Assembly (NCBI GenBank): GCA_964202905.1 | Contig: CAXNJO010000003.1 | Coordinates: forward strand, 640,001-704,000 | Source of the DNA: Polyangiales bacterium | Lineage (GTDB): Bacteria > Myxococcota_A > Polyangia > Polyangiales > JADJQN01 | Reading direction: 5' to 3' | DNA: 64,000 nt | Shown: positions 8,987 to 18,439 of the stretch, piece by piece | How positions within the stretch are numbered: the stretch's first letter is position 1 | Layout: every line of letters begins with the position of its first letter | Notes under the pieces: generated by a model | Database searches by the model: none | Seen by the model: only the letters and a program-made list of their open reading frames with translations | Told to the model about the DNA's origin: nothing | Translations under genes and position numbers: made by a program

Positions 8987-11900
8987 CGATCTGAATGCCG
9001 AGCTTGTGTCGGAGCGCGAGGTACGACTCGCTCACCGCGTAGAGGTGCAGCTCCTTCACGCGGTCCTTCTGCGAGACGGCGGCGCTGTCCTCGGGGCTCG
9101 CCTGGATCACCGCGAGCGAGAGCTCGAGGTCGTTCGCGAGCACGAAGCCGACGCGATCCGCGGTGAGGTCGACGGCCGCGACCCAGCGCTTGAGGTTCAG
9201 CTCGGGCGCCGCCGCGAGGAGCTTCACGACGAGGCTCTTCAGGTGCTCCTGCTGCGGGGGCGTGAGGTGCTGCTTAAAGGCCGCGAGGTGCTCGGCGACC
9301 TGCGGCGCGAGATCGGGCGGGATCGGGAACTGCGGCGTCGCCGTCTTGATCGCGGCGAGCAGCCACGCGCGCAGGCCGCCGCCCGTGGGCACGAGGTGCC
9401 GCAGGTAGTGGCCGCCGCGGAAGAAGCTGAGGTGCCGCCCCGCGACGAACGCGAGCGCCTGCTGCGGTCCGCCTGCGAGCGCGCCCTTGCCGAGGCCGAT
9501 CGAGGGTGGCTGCGCGAAGAGGAACGAGAGGCCGCCGGCGTCCTGCTCGCGGTAGTAGACGTCCGGCAGCGCGACGTCGATGACGCCCGACGCGTAGTGG
9601 AGCATCTGCGCCATCACGGCCGGATCCGTCGCGGGCGCGCGCTTCTTGCCGGCATCGACGCCGAGATTCTGGAGCGGCTGCGAGCGGGACGCGACCGCCG
9701 CGGGCGCGATCGTCGCGAAGATGCCCGTGAGCAGGACGTCCTGATCGCCGTGCAGCAGGTGCTTGAGCCAGGTCTCGTCGTCGAAGCGCTCCTGCGCGAC
9801 GGCCGGCTGGCGCGAGCGGTGCTTCTTGAAGAAGGCCTCCTCGTCGGGCTCCGCCTGCTTGAGCACGCGCAGCGCCTGACAAACGCACCACGACTCATCG
9901 GCCTTCTTGAGGTCGGTGTAGAGCTTGCGGAGCGCCTGGTAGCTCTCGACGCGGTACGGCGACGCCTCGAGCAGGAGCGCGTGCTGACGCACCGCCTTCG
10001 CGGAGAAGCGCTTGGGATCGCCCGCGTAGATCTCGCTGAGGAGCTCGCCGCGGCGGCGGTTCTCCGGGTCGAGTTTCTGCGCCTCTTCGTAGGACTCGAC
10101 GGCCTGCGCCACGCTGTCGAGGCGATCGCGGAGGACGGTCGCGAGCGCGTCGTGGAGCGCCGCTTTCTGCTCGGCGGTCGCGGTCTCTTCCACGCGCCGC
10201 AGCTGCGCGCGGTACGCCTCCGCGAGTCGGCTCCAGGCCTCGGTCGCGGTGAGCGCGGCGACGAGTCCGTCGAACGGCCGCGTCATCGCCGGGTCGTTCT
10301 CGAGGGCCTGCTCGTAGTAGTCCGCGGCCTCCTCGAAGCGCTTGAGCTCGCTCGCCGAGATCGCCGCCGCGGTCGCGTAGTACTTCGCGAGTTGGCGCTT
10401 GTCGGTGACGAGCTCGGCGATGCGGAGGACGACCTCGACGAGGCGGCCCCAGTCCTTCGACTCGCTGTAGAGACCCATCAGCTTGGTGAGCAGGTTGCGG
10501 TCGTCGGCCCGGAGCTCGAGCGCCGCGACGTAGCTCTTCTGCGCCTTCGCCTTGTCGCCCTGCTTCTCGAGCAGGACGTCGCCGACGCGCACGAGGATCG
10601 CGAAGCGCTCGTCGTCGCCCGCGTGCTCCATGCGGCGGCGCAGCGTGCGCACGAGGTCGTCCCACTTCGACTGCGCCTCGTAGACCTTCGCGAGCGACTC
10701 GAGCGGGAGCGCGTCGCCGGGGAGCAGGTCGGCCGCCTCGAGGAGGGTCTTCGTCGCCTCGTCGAGCTCGTCGGAGCGGCGCTGCGCCTCGCCGATGCGG
10801 AAGATGATGCGGCCCTTGTCGCCGCCGCCGAGCTCCGCGGCGAAGCGCTCGAGGATGTCGCGGTAGAGCTCCGCGGCCTCGTCCGCCGCGCCCGACTCGA
10901 ACGTCACCTCCGCGACGCGCTCGAGCACCTCGCGATCGCCGGCCGCGAAGGCCTTGGCGTTGAGATACGCGCGCTGCGCCTTGTCGAAGATCGACTGGTT
11001 CCGGAAGGCGTCGCCGCACATCACGCTGACGTCGCGCGCCGAGCGGGCGTCCATCTCGCTCGTGCGGGCGAGCAGCGGCTCGAGGTGCTTGGTCGCCGCC
11101 GCCCAGCTCTGCTCCGCGAAGGCCATCTCGCCGAGGCCGCGGGCCGCGGGCGTCGAGGTCGCGTCGAGCTCGAGCGACTTGAGGAAGGCGTCGCGCGCGC
11201 GGGACTTGTCCCCGAGGCGGTCGCGCGCCATCTGACCGAGCTCGGCCCAGAGCCGCGCCTTGGCCGTCGGTCCATCCGTCGCGGCGAGCTCGCGCTCGAG
11301 CAGGTCGACCGCGCCGTGTGCGTCACCGCGGTCGGCGTAGATCGCGCGGAGCGCGCCGAACGCCGCCACCGAGCGCGGGTCGGCGTCGAGCGCCGACTTG
11401 TAGCGCGCGATCGCGCGGTCCTTGTCGCCCGAGTCCTCGAGGATGCGGCCCGCGCGGAGCAGCAACTCCGACTTCTTCTGCGGGTCGCGCTCGCTCTCCG
11501 CGAGCTTCTCGACGGAGGCGAGGGCCGCCGTCGCGTCGCCAGTCTGCGCCTGCAGCCGCGCGACGAGTTCGAGCGTCGCGGCGTGCCCCGCGTCGACGGC
11601 GAGGATGCGCTCGCACGTCGCGAGCGCGCGGTCCGGCGCGCCGACATCGACCATCAGGACCTTCACGGCCTGCGCGAGCAGCTCGACCTTGCGCTTGTCG
11701 TCGTCGGTGCTCTTCGCGTGTCGATCGAGCGTCGTGGCGAGGTCGTCGAAGCGGTGCAGCTGCCGGTAGAGCCGCGCGAGGGCCGCGTTCGCGCCGTCGT
11801 GGCCCGGGTCGATCGCGACCACCTCCTCGAAGGTGGCAGCCGCCTTCTCGTGGTCGACGAACTCCTCCTCCTGGATGCCGCCGATGCGCTCGAGCAGGCC

Positions 11901-14315
11901 GATGCGCTGCCGCGGGGTCGCCGCCAGTTCGATCTGCACCCGGAGATTCTGCAATAGTTCCTGATACTTACCGACGCGGGCGTACAGCCGATCGAGGCCC
12001 TTGAGCGCGCCGAGGTGCCGCGCCTCGACGGCGAGCGCCTCCTCGAAGCGGAGTTGCGCCTTGCCCGCGTCCGCGAGGCGGTCCTCGTAGAGCTCGGCGA
12101 GGTGGCAGAGCGTCTCGACCTTCTCCTCGCCGCGCTGGTTGCGCGCCTTCTCGTCGAGCAGCGCGACGAGCTCGGGCCAGCTCTGCTGGCGGGAGAGCAG
12201 GTCTTCGAGGGCCGCGCTCGCCTTCGCGTGGACGGGGTCGTCGGCGAGGACGAGGCGGTAGATCTCCGCGGCGCGGGTCGCGTCGTTGAGGCGGACGCCG
12301 ATGATCTCGGCGGCCTCGACGCGCGCGTCACGGGCCTTCAGAGGGCTCGAGGCCGCGTCGGCGCGGCGCAGCAGGATGCCGACGAGATCCGTCCAGGCCT
12401 GCGCCTTGCGGTAGAGCGCGCTGGTGCCCTCGAGCGCGGCCTCGTTGGCCGGATCGAGCGCGAGCGCCTGCGAATAGCAGGGCAGCGCGAAGTCGGGGCG
12501 CTGGAGCTTGTCGGCGTACCAGCCGCCCATGAGCGTGTAGAGGCGCGTCGTGTCCGCGGGCTCGCCGCCCGCCTGCACGGCCTCGTTGAGCGTGCCCATC
12601 GCCTCGTTCCAGCGGTCGGCGTTGGTGCCGGCGAGACGCTCGATCTCACGCGCGGTCTTCTCGTCGGACGGCACCTCGGTGAGCGCCTGGACCCACGCGA
12701 AGAACGCGCTCTCGGGTTGCGAGAGCTTCTCCTCGTAGAGCGAGGCGATCTCGTGCAGCACCGTCGCGCGGTCGCGGCTCGACTCGACCCGGCCCACCTT
12801 GTCGAGCAGGAGTTCGACGAGCCCCTCGACGTTGCCGCTCTGGCGGCGCAGCTCCTCGACGCCGATCTGCGCGATCTCGTCGGCAGGGTCGACCTCGAGG
12901 ATCCGCGAGTAGGCCTGCTCCGCGAGGAACGCGTCCTCGCGCTCGTGCTCGGCGATGCGCGCGACGCGGAAGAGCAGCGACTTCTTCGCTTCGACGTCGT
13001 CCGTGTTGTTGGCGGCCTCGTCGAGCGCGGCGAGCGCCTTCTCCCACTCGTGCGCGGGGCCCGCGATGCGCTCGAGCGCGACGGCGAGCTCCTCGTTGCC
13101 GGGCTCGGAGAGCAGCAGCTCGCGCGCGGCCTCGAACTCCTTCGCGTCGAAGCTGCTCTTCTCGGCGGGAGGCCGCATCGACTGGCGCGCGAGCGAGTCC
13201 ATCGCCTCGCGGATCGCCGCCGCGGTCGCGTAGCGCTCGGCCGGATCCTTCGCGAGCGCGCGCAGCACGATCTCGTCGAGCTCGCGCGGCACCCACCCGC
13301 GCGGGGCGACGCTGCTCGGCGCGGGCGGCGCCTCGGAGACGTGCTGGAGCACGATGTCGATCGCGCTCCGCCCCTGGAAGGGCGTCTTGCCCGAGAGCAC
13401 CTCGAAGAGCAGCGCCCCGAAGGCGTAGAGATCGCTGCGCCCGTCGAGCGCCTGCCCGCGCGCCTGCTCGGGCGACATGGCCTTCGCCGTGCCGAAGAGC
13501 GGCAGCACGCCCGTCTTGTCGACCGCGCCCTGCACACGCGCGAGGAGGCGATCGGTGCCACCGTCGACGAGCACGCCCTGGAGCTCGGCCTTCGCGCCGT
13601 CGGCCGCCGCGGGGCGCACGACGAACACGTTCTCGGCCTTCACGTCGCCGTGGACGAGGCCGCGCGCGTGGAGCGCCTCGAGCGCGTCGAGCACGCCGCG
13701 GAGCACGGGCCGCGCTTCGTTGAAGTGCATCGGCCCCACGCGCCCGACGCGCGCCGAGAGCGTCTGCCCCTCGACGTACTGCGTCGCGACCCACGGGCGG
13801 CCGTCCTCGAGCTGGCCGACCGCCAGCACGGGCGCGAGCGTGCCCGACTTCACGGTGCGCAGGACGCGCGACACCGTGAGGAAGCGCTGCACCGCGGCGC
13901 GGTCGCGCGCGTACTCGCCGCGCACGATCTTCACGGCGGCCCGCGTCGTCTGCTCGCCGTCCTTGCGCTCGCCGAGGTACACGACGCCGAGGCCGCCCTC
14001 GCCGAGCTTCTTCACGATGCGGAAGCCCGCGACGTTCGCGCCGGGGACGAGCTCGTCGCCGAGCGCGCCCGCATACACCTGCTGGACCCGCGCATCCACG
14101 CCCTTCGCGGAGAGCAGCAGCGCGTCGACGAGCGCCTCGAGCGCGTCCTCGCGCGCGGCCTTCTCGACGAGCGCGCGGGCGAAGGCGCCCTTGGCCGAGG
14201 TGCTGCCGACAGCCTCCGGATCGAAGCCGAGCAGCTCGTCGCTCAGTCGCTTGAGGCCATCGAGGTCGAAGTGCTTCTCCAGCTCGCCGCGCAGGAGGTC
14301 CGTGGTCGCAGTCAT
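8979..14315 (-). CDS. Giant Ser/Thr (pseudo)kinase-TPR repeat protein (~1778 aa), myxobacterial type
   Basis: LGEGGLGVVY, AAVK, HGDVKAEN, MSPEQ and DLYAFG, then more than 1000 aa of TPR-like helical repeats. Start placed at ATG 14315 (MTATTDLL). Confidence 0.88.
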   Translation of the reverse strand: MTATTDLLRGELEKHFDLDGLKRLSDELLGFDPEAVGSTSAKGAFARALVEKAAREDALEALVDALLLSAKGVDARVQQVYAGALGDELVPGANVAGFRIVKKLGEGGLGVVYLGERKDGEQTTRAAVKIVRGEYARDRAAVQRFLTVSRVLRTVKSGTLAPVLAVGQLEDGRPWVATQYVEGQTLSARVGRVGPMHFNEARPVLRGVLDALEALHARGLVHGDVKAENVFVVRPAAADGAKAELQGVLVDGGTDRLLARVQGAVDKTGVLPLFGTAKAMSPEQARGQALDGRSDLYAFGALLFEVLSGKTPFQGRSAIDIVLQHVSEAPPAPSSVAPRGWVPRELDEIVLRALAKDPAERYATAAAIREAMDSLARQSMRPPAEKSSFDAKEFEAARELLLSEPGNEELAVALERIAGPAHEWEKALAALDEAANNTDDVEAKKSLLFRVARIAEHEREDAFLAEQAYSRILEVDPADEIAQIGVEELRRQSGNVEGLVELLLDKVGRVESSRDRATVLHEIASLYEEKLSQPESAFFAWVQALTEVPSDEKTAREIERLAGTNADRWNEAMGTLNEAVQAGGEPADTTRLYTLMGGWYADKLQRPDFALPCYSQALALDPANEAALEGTSALYRKAQAWTDLVGILLRRADAASSPLKARDARVEAAEIIGVRLNDATRAAEIYRLVLADDPVHAKASAALEDLLSRQQSWPELVALLDEKARNQRGEEKVETLCHLAELYEDRLADAGKAQLRFEEALAVEARHLGALKGLDRLYARVGKYQELLQNLRVQIELAATPRQRIGLLERIGGIQEEEFVDHEKAAATFEEVVAIDPGHDGANAALARLYRQLHRFDDLATTLDRHAKSTDDDKRKVELLAQAVKVLMVDVGAPDRALATCERILAVDAGHAATLELVARLQAQTGDATAALASVEKLAESERDPQKKSELLLRAGRILEDSGDKDRAIARYKSALDADPRSVAAFGALRAIYADRGDAHGAVDLLERELAATDGPTAKARLWAELGQMARDRLGDKSRARDAFLKSLELDATSTPAARGLGEMAFAEQSWAAATKHLEPLLARTSEMDARSARDVSVMCGDAFRNQSIFDKAQRAYLNAKAFAAGDREVLERVAEVTFESGAADEAAELYRDILERFAAELGGGDKGRIIFRIGEAQRRSDELDEATKTLLEAADLLPGDALPLESLAKVYEAQSKWDDLVRTLRRRMEHAGDDERFAILVRVGDVLLEKQGDKAKAQKSYVAALELRADDRNLLTKLMGLYSESKDWGRLVEVVLRIAELVTDKRQLAKYYATAAAISASELKRFEEAADYYEQALENDPAMTRPFDGLVAALTATEAWSRLAEAYRAQLRRVEETATAEQKAALHDALATVLRDRLDSVAQAVESYEEAQKLDPENRRRGELLSEIYAGDPKRFSAKAVRQHALLLEASPYRVESYQALRKLYTDLKKADESWCVCQALRVLKQAEPDEEAFFKKHRSRQPAVAQERFDDETWLKHLLHGDQDVLLTGIFATIAPAAVASRSQPLQNLGVDAGKKRAPATDPAVMAQMLHYASGVIDVALPDVYYREQDAGGLSFLFAQPPSIGLGKGALAGGPQQALAFVAGRHLSFFRGGHYLRHLVPTGGGLRAWLLAAIKTATPQFPIPPDLAPQVAEHLAAFKQHLTPPQQEHLKSLVVKLLAAAPELNLKRWVAAVDLTADRVGFVLANDLELSLAVIQASPEDSAAVSQKDRVKELHLYAVSESYLALRHKLGIQIGE

Positions 14316-14561
14316 CGTGGGTGCTCGGTTCTCGTCGGGGGTCGCGGGGGTGGCGCGCAGGCGCGCGCACGTCGCCGGAAGTCCCCCTAAGAGGGGGGCC
14401 GGACGCACGGGCGGCGGATGTTACATGGTCGCGTCGGGCGGGCCAAGGACGTGACGGGCCCCGCGAGCGGCTGCCGGGATGGTCGGGCGACCGCAGCGTG
14501 CGCCGCGCCGGGGACGCACCGCGGTTGACTTCGCCGCCCGCGCACGGCACACACGCGCGCC

Positions 14562-14858
14562 ATGCCGCGCGTCCGCTTCGAGCCCGCCAACGTGGAGATC
14601 GACATCAGCACCGGTCGCCGCCTCGTCGACGTGACCGACGAGCACCCCGAGGCGGCCGTCCCGTACTCGTGTCGATCCGCCAGCTGCGGCACCTGCCGCG
14701 TGCGCGTGTCGGTCGGGATGGACGCCTTCCCGCCGCCGGAGGACGAGGAGCTCTCGGTCCTCGACATCTTCGGCGACGGCGCGGACACCCGCCTCTGCTG
14801 CCAGCTGCGCGTCGTCAAGGACGTGCCGCGCGTGACGATCCGTGTCGTCGATCCCTGA
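14562..14858 (+). CDS. 2Fe-2S ferredoxin
   Basis: YSCRSASCGTCRV...RLCCQ (Cx4Cx2C...C). Confidence 0.9.
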   Translation: MPRVRFEPANVEIDISTGRRLVDVTDEHPEAAVPYSCRSASCGTCRVRVSVGMDAFPPPEDEELSVLDIFGDGADTRLCCQLRVVKDVPRVTIRVVDP

Positions 14859-14866
14859 TTTTCTTG

Positions 14867-15676
14867 ATGACCCCTGAGAGTCCGATTCAGACGCCGTTCG
14901 CCATCCCCACGGAGCGGAGCGCGGCCCGCCCCATCACCCGCACCGCGAGCATCACGGGGCGGCGCGAGGCCAACGAAGACGCGGTGCTCGCGGACGACGC
15001 GCTGCGCCTCTACGCCGTGGCCGACGGCCTCGGCGGTCGGCCGGGTGGCGCGACGGCGAGCCGCGTCGCGCTCGGCGCGCTGTGGCGCGCGGTGAGCGCG
15101 TTCGCGACGGGCGACGTACCGAACGCCGAGCGGTTGCAACGCGACCTCGGCCGACGCGGCCTGTACGAAGGTCTGCTCGAGCACGCCTCGCGCTGCGCGC
15201 ACCGCGCGGTGCGCCGCGGCCAGCAGGGCCCGCTCGCCGAGATGGCGACGACCGTCGCCGCGGTCTTCTTCGCGGAGGGCGCGGCGATCGTCGCGCACGT
15301 CGGAGACAGCCGCGTCTACCGTCTGCGTCAGGGTAGCCTCACGGCGCTCACCGCCGATCACTCCCTCGTCACGGAACTCACCGCGCTCGGCACCCCGATC
15401 AGCGCTGCGCAGCGGCAGGCCTACGCCCACGTCGTCACGCGCGCGCTCGGCGTGCGCGGGGAGGCGGAGCCGGAGGTGCGCCGCGTCGACGTCGCGCCGG
15501 GGGACCTCTTCCTGCTCTGCACGGATGGCCTGCACGGCGCGCTCGCGGACGACCGGATCGCGGCCCTGCTCGGCGGCACGACGCACGAGCTCGTCGCCGA
15601 CCAGATCGTGTGGGCCGCGTTCGCCGCGGGCTCCGAGGACAACGTGAGCGCCGTGGTCCTGCGCGCCCCCGCCTGA
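14867..15676 (+). CDS. PP2C/PPM-family Ser/Thr protein phosphatase
   Basis: GRREANED, AVADGLGG, HVGDSRVY, DHS, VTRALG, LLCTDGL and GSEDNVS motifs. Confidence 0.92.
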   Translation: MTPESPIQTPFAIPTERSAARPITRTASITGRREANEDAVLADDALRLYAVADGLGGRPGGATASRVALGALWRAVSAFATGDVPNAERLQRDLGRRGLYEGLLEHASRCAHRAVRRGQQGPLAEMATTVAAVFFAEGAAIVAHVGDSRVYRLRQGSLTALTADHSLVTELTALGTPISAAQRQAYAHVVTRALGVRGEAEPEVRRVDVAPGDLFLLCTDGLHGALADDRIAALLGGTTHELVADQIVWAAFAAGSEDNVSAVVLRAPA

Positions 15677-15712
15677 CGCGCACCGCCGAGCGAGTGGCCC
15701 CCCGTTCGGCCG

Positions 15713-15742
15713 TTTACACGGGCCCATATTCCGCGATAACGT
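15713..15742 (+). promoter_or_regulatory. Putative sigma70-type promoter of a leaderless transcript
   Basis: TTTACA (15713-18), 18 nt spacer, TAACGT (15737-42), then 7 nt to ATG 15750; no Shine-Dalgarno. Confidence 0.5.
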
Positions 15743-15749
15743 CCCGCCG

Positions 15750-16766
15750 ATGACCAAGCGGATCGGCCTCCTCGTCGGCTGGGAGAACACGTTTCCTCCC
15801 GCCTTCCTCGACAAGCTCAACGGCCACGCGGGCGTCCACGCCGAGCTCGCGAAGATCGGCGGCACGAACGAGACGTTCACGAGGAAGTACGACGTCCTGA
15901 TCGACCGCATCAGCCAGGAGGTGCAGCACTACCGCCTGCACCTGAAGGCCGCGCAGCTCGCGGGCACCTACGTCATCAACGACCCGCTCTGGTGGTCGGC
16001 GGACGACAAGTTCTTCGGCTTCTCCCTCGCGGCGAAGCTCGGCTGCGCCATCCCGAAGACGGTGCTGCTCCCCCAGCGCGACTACATCCCCTCGATCGAC
16101 AAGTCGCGCTCGCTGCGCAACCTCGAGTTCCCCCTCGATTGGAAGGCGATCACCGACTACATCGGCTTCCCCGCCTTCCTCAAGCCGGCCGAGGGCGGAG
16201 GCTGGAAGAACGTCACGAAGGTGAACAACGAGGCCGAGTTGCTCGCGGCGTACAACGCCTCCGGCACGCTCGTGATGACGCTCCAAGAGTTCATCGACTT
16301 CGACGACTACGTGCGCTGCATCTGCATCGGCCGCGACACGATCCTGCCGATCCGCTACGACCCGCACCGTCGCTGCTACCTCGTCGAGTCGGGCTATCTG
16401 CCGCCGCGGCTCGGCCAGCGCGTCGTCGACGACGCGTGGAAGATCTGCAACGCGCTCGGCTACGACATGAACAGCGTCGAGTTCGCGATCAAGGACGGCG
16501 TGCCGTACGCGATCGACTTCACGAACCCGGCGCCCGACATGGACTACTACTCCATCACGCCGCACTACTTCGACATCGTCGTCGACGAGATGGTGAAGCT
16601 CGCGCTCCGCGTCGCGAGCGAGGGCCGCACGCCGCGCGTCCCGTACAACTTCGGCGATTTTCTGCCGGGTGGCGCCCGCGTGAACGAACAGGGCCCGATC
16701 GCGCGGATTCTCGGGGCCGGTGGTCAGCCCGGGGACGCAGCGGGCGGCGGCGTGGTCGCGCGCTGA
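15750..16766 (+). CDS. ATP-grasp ligase (RimK/glutathione-synthetase-like family)
   Basis: DDKFF, IPKTVLLP, FPAFLKPAEGGGWKNV, LQEFI and VEFA...IDFTNPAPD. Confidence 0.85.
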   Translation: MTKRIGLLVGWENTFPPAFLDKLNGHAGVHAELAKIGGTNETFTRKYDVLIDRISQEVQHYRLHLKAAQLAGTYVINDPLWWSADDKFFGFSLAAKLGCAIPKTVLLPQRDYIPSIDKSRSLRNLEFPLDWKAITDYIGFPAFLKPAEGGGWKNVTKVNNEAELLAAYNASGTLVMTLQEFIDFDDYVRCICIGRDTILPIRYDPHRRCYLVESGYLPPRLGQRVVDDAWKICNALGYDMNSVEFAIKDGVPYAIDFTNPAPDMDYYSITPHYFDIVVDEMVKLALRVASEGRTPRVPYNFGDFLPGGARVNEQGPIARILGAGGQPGDAAGGGVVAR

Positions 16767-16770
16767 ACGC

Positions 16771-18423
16771 ATGGACCACGACGGCCACTCGCACACCCCG
16801 CACGGCGTCCCGAGCCCGGCCACGGGTCCGCGCGCCTTCAAGTCCGCGCCGCCGATCGAAGGTGTCGACGAGCTGAAGCGCTACCGCGACCTCCAGCACG
16901 TCCTCGAGGAGCGCTGGGCCCTCCTGCGCGACATCGACGCCGGTCCGCGGGACGTCGTCGTCATCCCGTCGCTCTCGCTCGACGGCTTCGCGGCGTCGTC
17001 GATCCCGGGCTTCCACCTCTACGAAGAGCGGATGCTCTTCACGATGATGTTGCTGCGCCACCCGCGCACGCACCTCGTCTACGTCACGTCGCAGCCCATC
17101 CACCCGGCCGCGCTCGACTACCAGATCTCCCTGCTCACGGGGATCCCCACCGCGCACGCCCGCGAGCGGCTCACCCTGCTCGCCTGCCACGACTCGTCGG
17201 CGCGCCCCCTCACCGAGAAGATCCTCGAGCGGCCGCGCTTGATCGAGCGCATCCGCCGCGCAATCGATCCCTCGCGCGCGCACATGACCTGCTTCGCCGT
17301 CACGCACCGCGAGCGCAGCCTCGCCGTGCGGCTCGGGCTCCCGCTCTACGGCGTCGACCCGGACCTCGCGCACCTCGGCAGCAAGAGCGGCTCCCGCAAG
17401 GTCTTCCGCCAGGCGGGCGTGGCGATGGCGCCGGGCATCGAGGACGTGCGCGGCGAGGCGGAGGTCGCGTCTGCGGTCGCGGATCTCTGGGAGGCCGACC
17501 CCGCCTTGCTCCGCGTGTGCGTGAAGCACAACGAGGGCTTCAGCGGCGAGGGCAACGCCTTGCTGGATCTCGCGCCGATCGCGGCTGTCGCGCCCGGCGC
17601 CGCCTCGCGCGCGGGCCGCATCGAGGCGGTGCACGGGCACCTCGGGACGCTCCGCTGCGTGGCCGCGCACGAGACGTCGCGCGGGTTCCTGCAAGGGATG
17701 GAGCGGATGGGCGGCGTCGTCGAGGCGTGGGTCGAGGGCGCCGTGAAGCGCTCGCCGAGCGCGCAACTCCGCGTGAACCCGCGCCTCGAGCTCGAGGCGC
17801 TCTCGACGCACGACCAGATCCTCGCCGCCGATGGCCAGACCTACCTCGGCTGCACCTTCCCCGCGGACGAGCACTACCGCCTCGCGATCCAGGACGACGC
17901 GATCAAGGTGGGCCATGTGCTGCGGGACGCGGGCGCGCTCGGCCGCTTCTCGGTCGACTTCCTCACCGTCGAGCGCGAGCCCGGCGTGTGGGACCGCCTC
18001 GCCGTCGAGATCAACCTGCGGATGAGCGGCACGACGCATCCGCTGATGACGCTGCAGATGCTCTCGCACGGGCACTACGACGTCGCGAGCGGGCAGTACC
18101 TCACCGCGCGCGGCGAGCCGCGCTGCTACGTCGCGACCGACGCGCTCGCGCACCCCAACTACCGCGGCCTGCTCGTCGAGGACCTCCTCGACGTCGCCGC
18201 CGTGCATGGCCTGCACTACCGCCCCTGGACGGACCAGGGCGTCGTCTTCCATCTCGCTGGCGCGCTCTCGCAGTACGGGAAGGTCGGCGTCCTCGCGATC
18301 GGCGGCTCCCCGGACGAAGCGAACGCGTGGTTCGATGCCACGCGCACCGCGCTCGACACCGAGACGGGCGCGAGGGGGCCGGTCACCGTGCACCGCGGTC
18401 GCGTGACCTGGCCCGCCGGCTGA
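16771..18423 (+). CDS. PGM1-related ATP-grasp peptide ligase
   Basis: VVVIPSLS, YEERML, GSKSGSR, VKHNEGFSGEGN, SPSAQ, STHDQ, YLGCTFPA, VEINLRMSGTTHP and a PGM1_C-like tail (GVVFHL.GAL..YGKVG). Confidence 0.82.
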   Translation: MDHDGHSHTPHGVPSPATGPRAFKSAPPIEGVDELKRYRDLQHVLEERWALLRDIDAGPRDVVVIPSLSLDGFAASSIPGFHLYEERMLFTMMLLRHPRTHLVYVTSQPIHPAALDYQISLLTGIPTAHARERLTLLACHDSSARPLTEKILERPRLIERIRRAIDPSRAHMTCFAVTHRERSLAVRLGLPLYGVDPDLAHLGSKSGSRKVFRQAGVAMAPGIEDVRGEAEVASAVADLWEADPALLRVCVKHNEGFSGEGNALLDLAPIAAVAPGAASRAGRIEAVHGHLGTLRCVAAHETSRGFLQGMERMGGVVEAWVEGAVKRSPSAQLRVNPRLELEALSTHDQILAADGQTYLGCTFPADEHYRLAIQDDAIKVGHVLRDAGALGRFSVDFLTVEREPGVWDRLAVEINLRMSGTTHPLMTLQMLSHGHYDVASGQYLTARGEPRCYVATDALAHPNYRGLLVEDLLDVAAVHGLHYRPWTDQGVVFHLAGALSQYGKVGVLAIGGSPDEANAWFDATRTALDTETGARGPVTVHRGRVTWPAG

Positions 18424-18439
18424 ATCGCCATTCAGTCAG

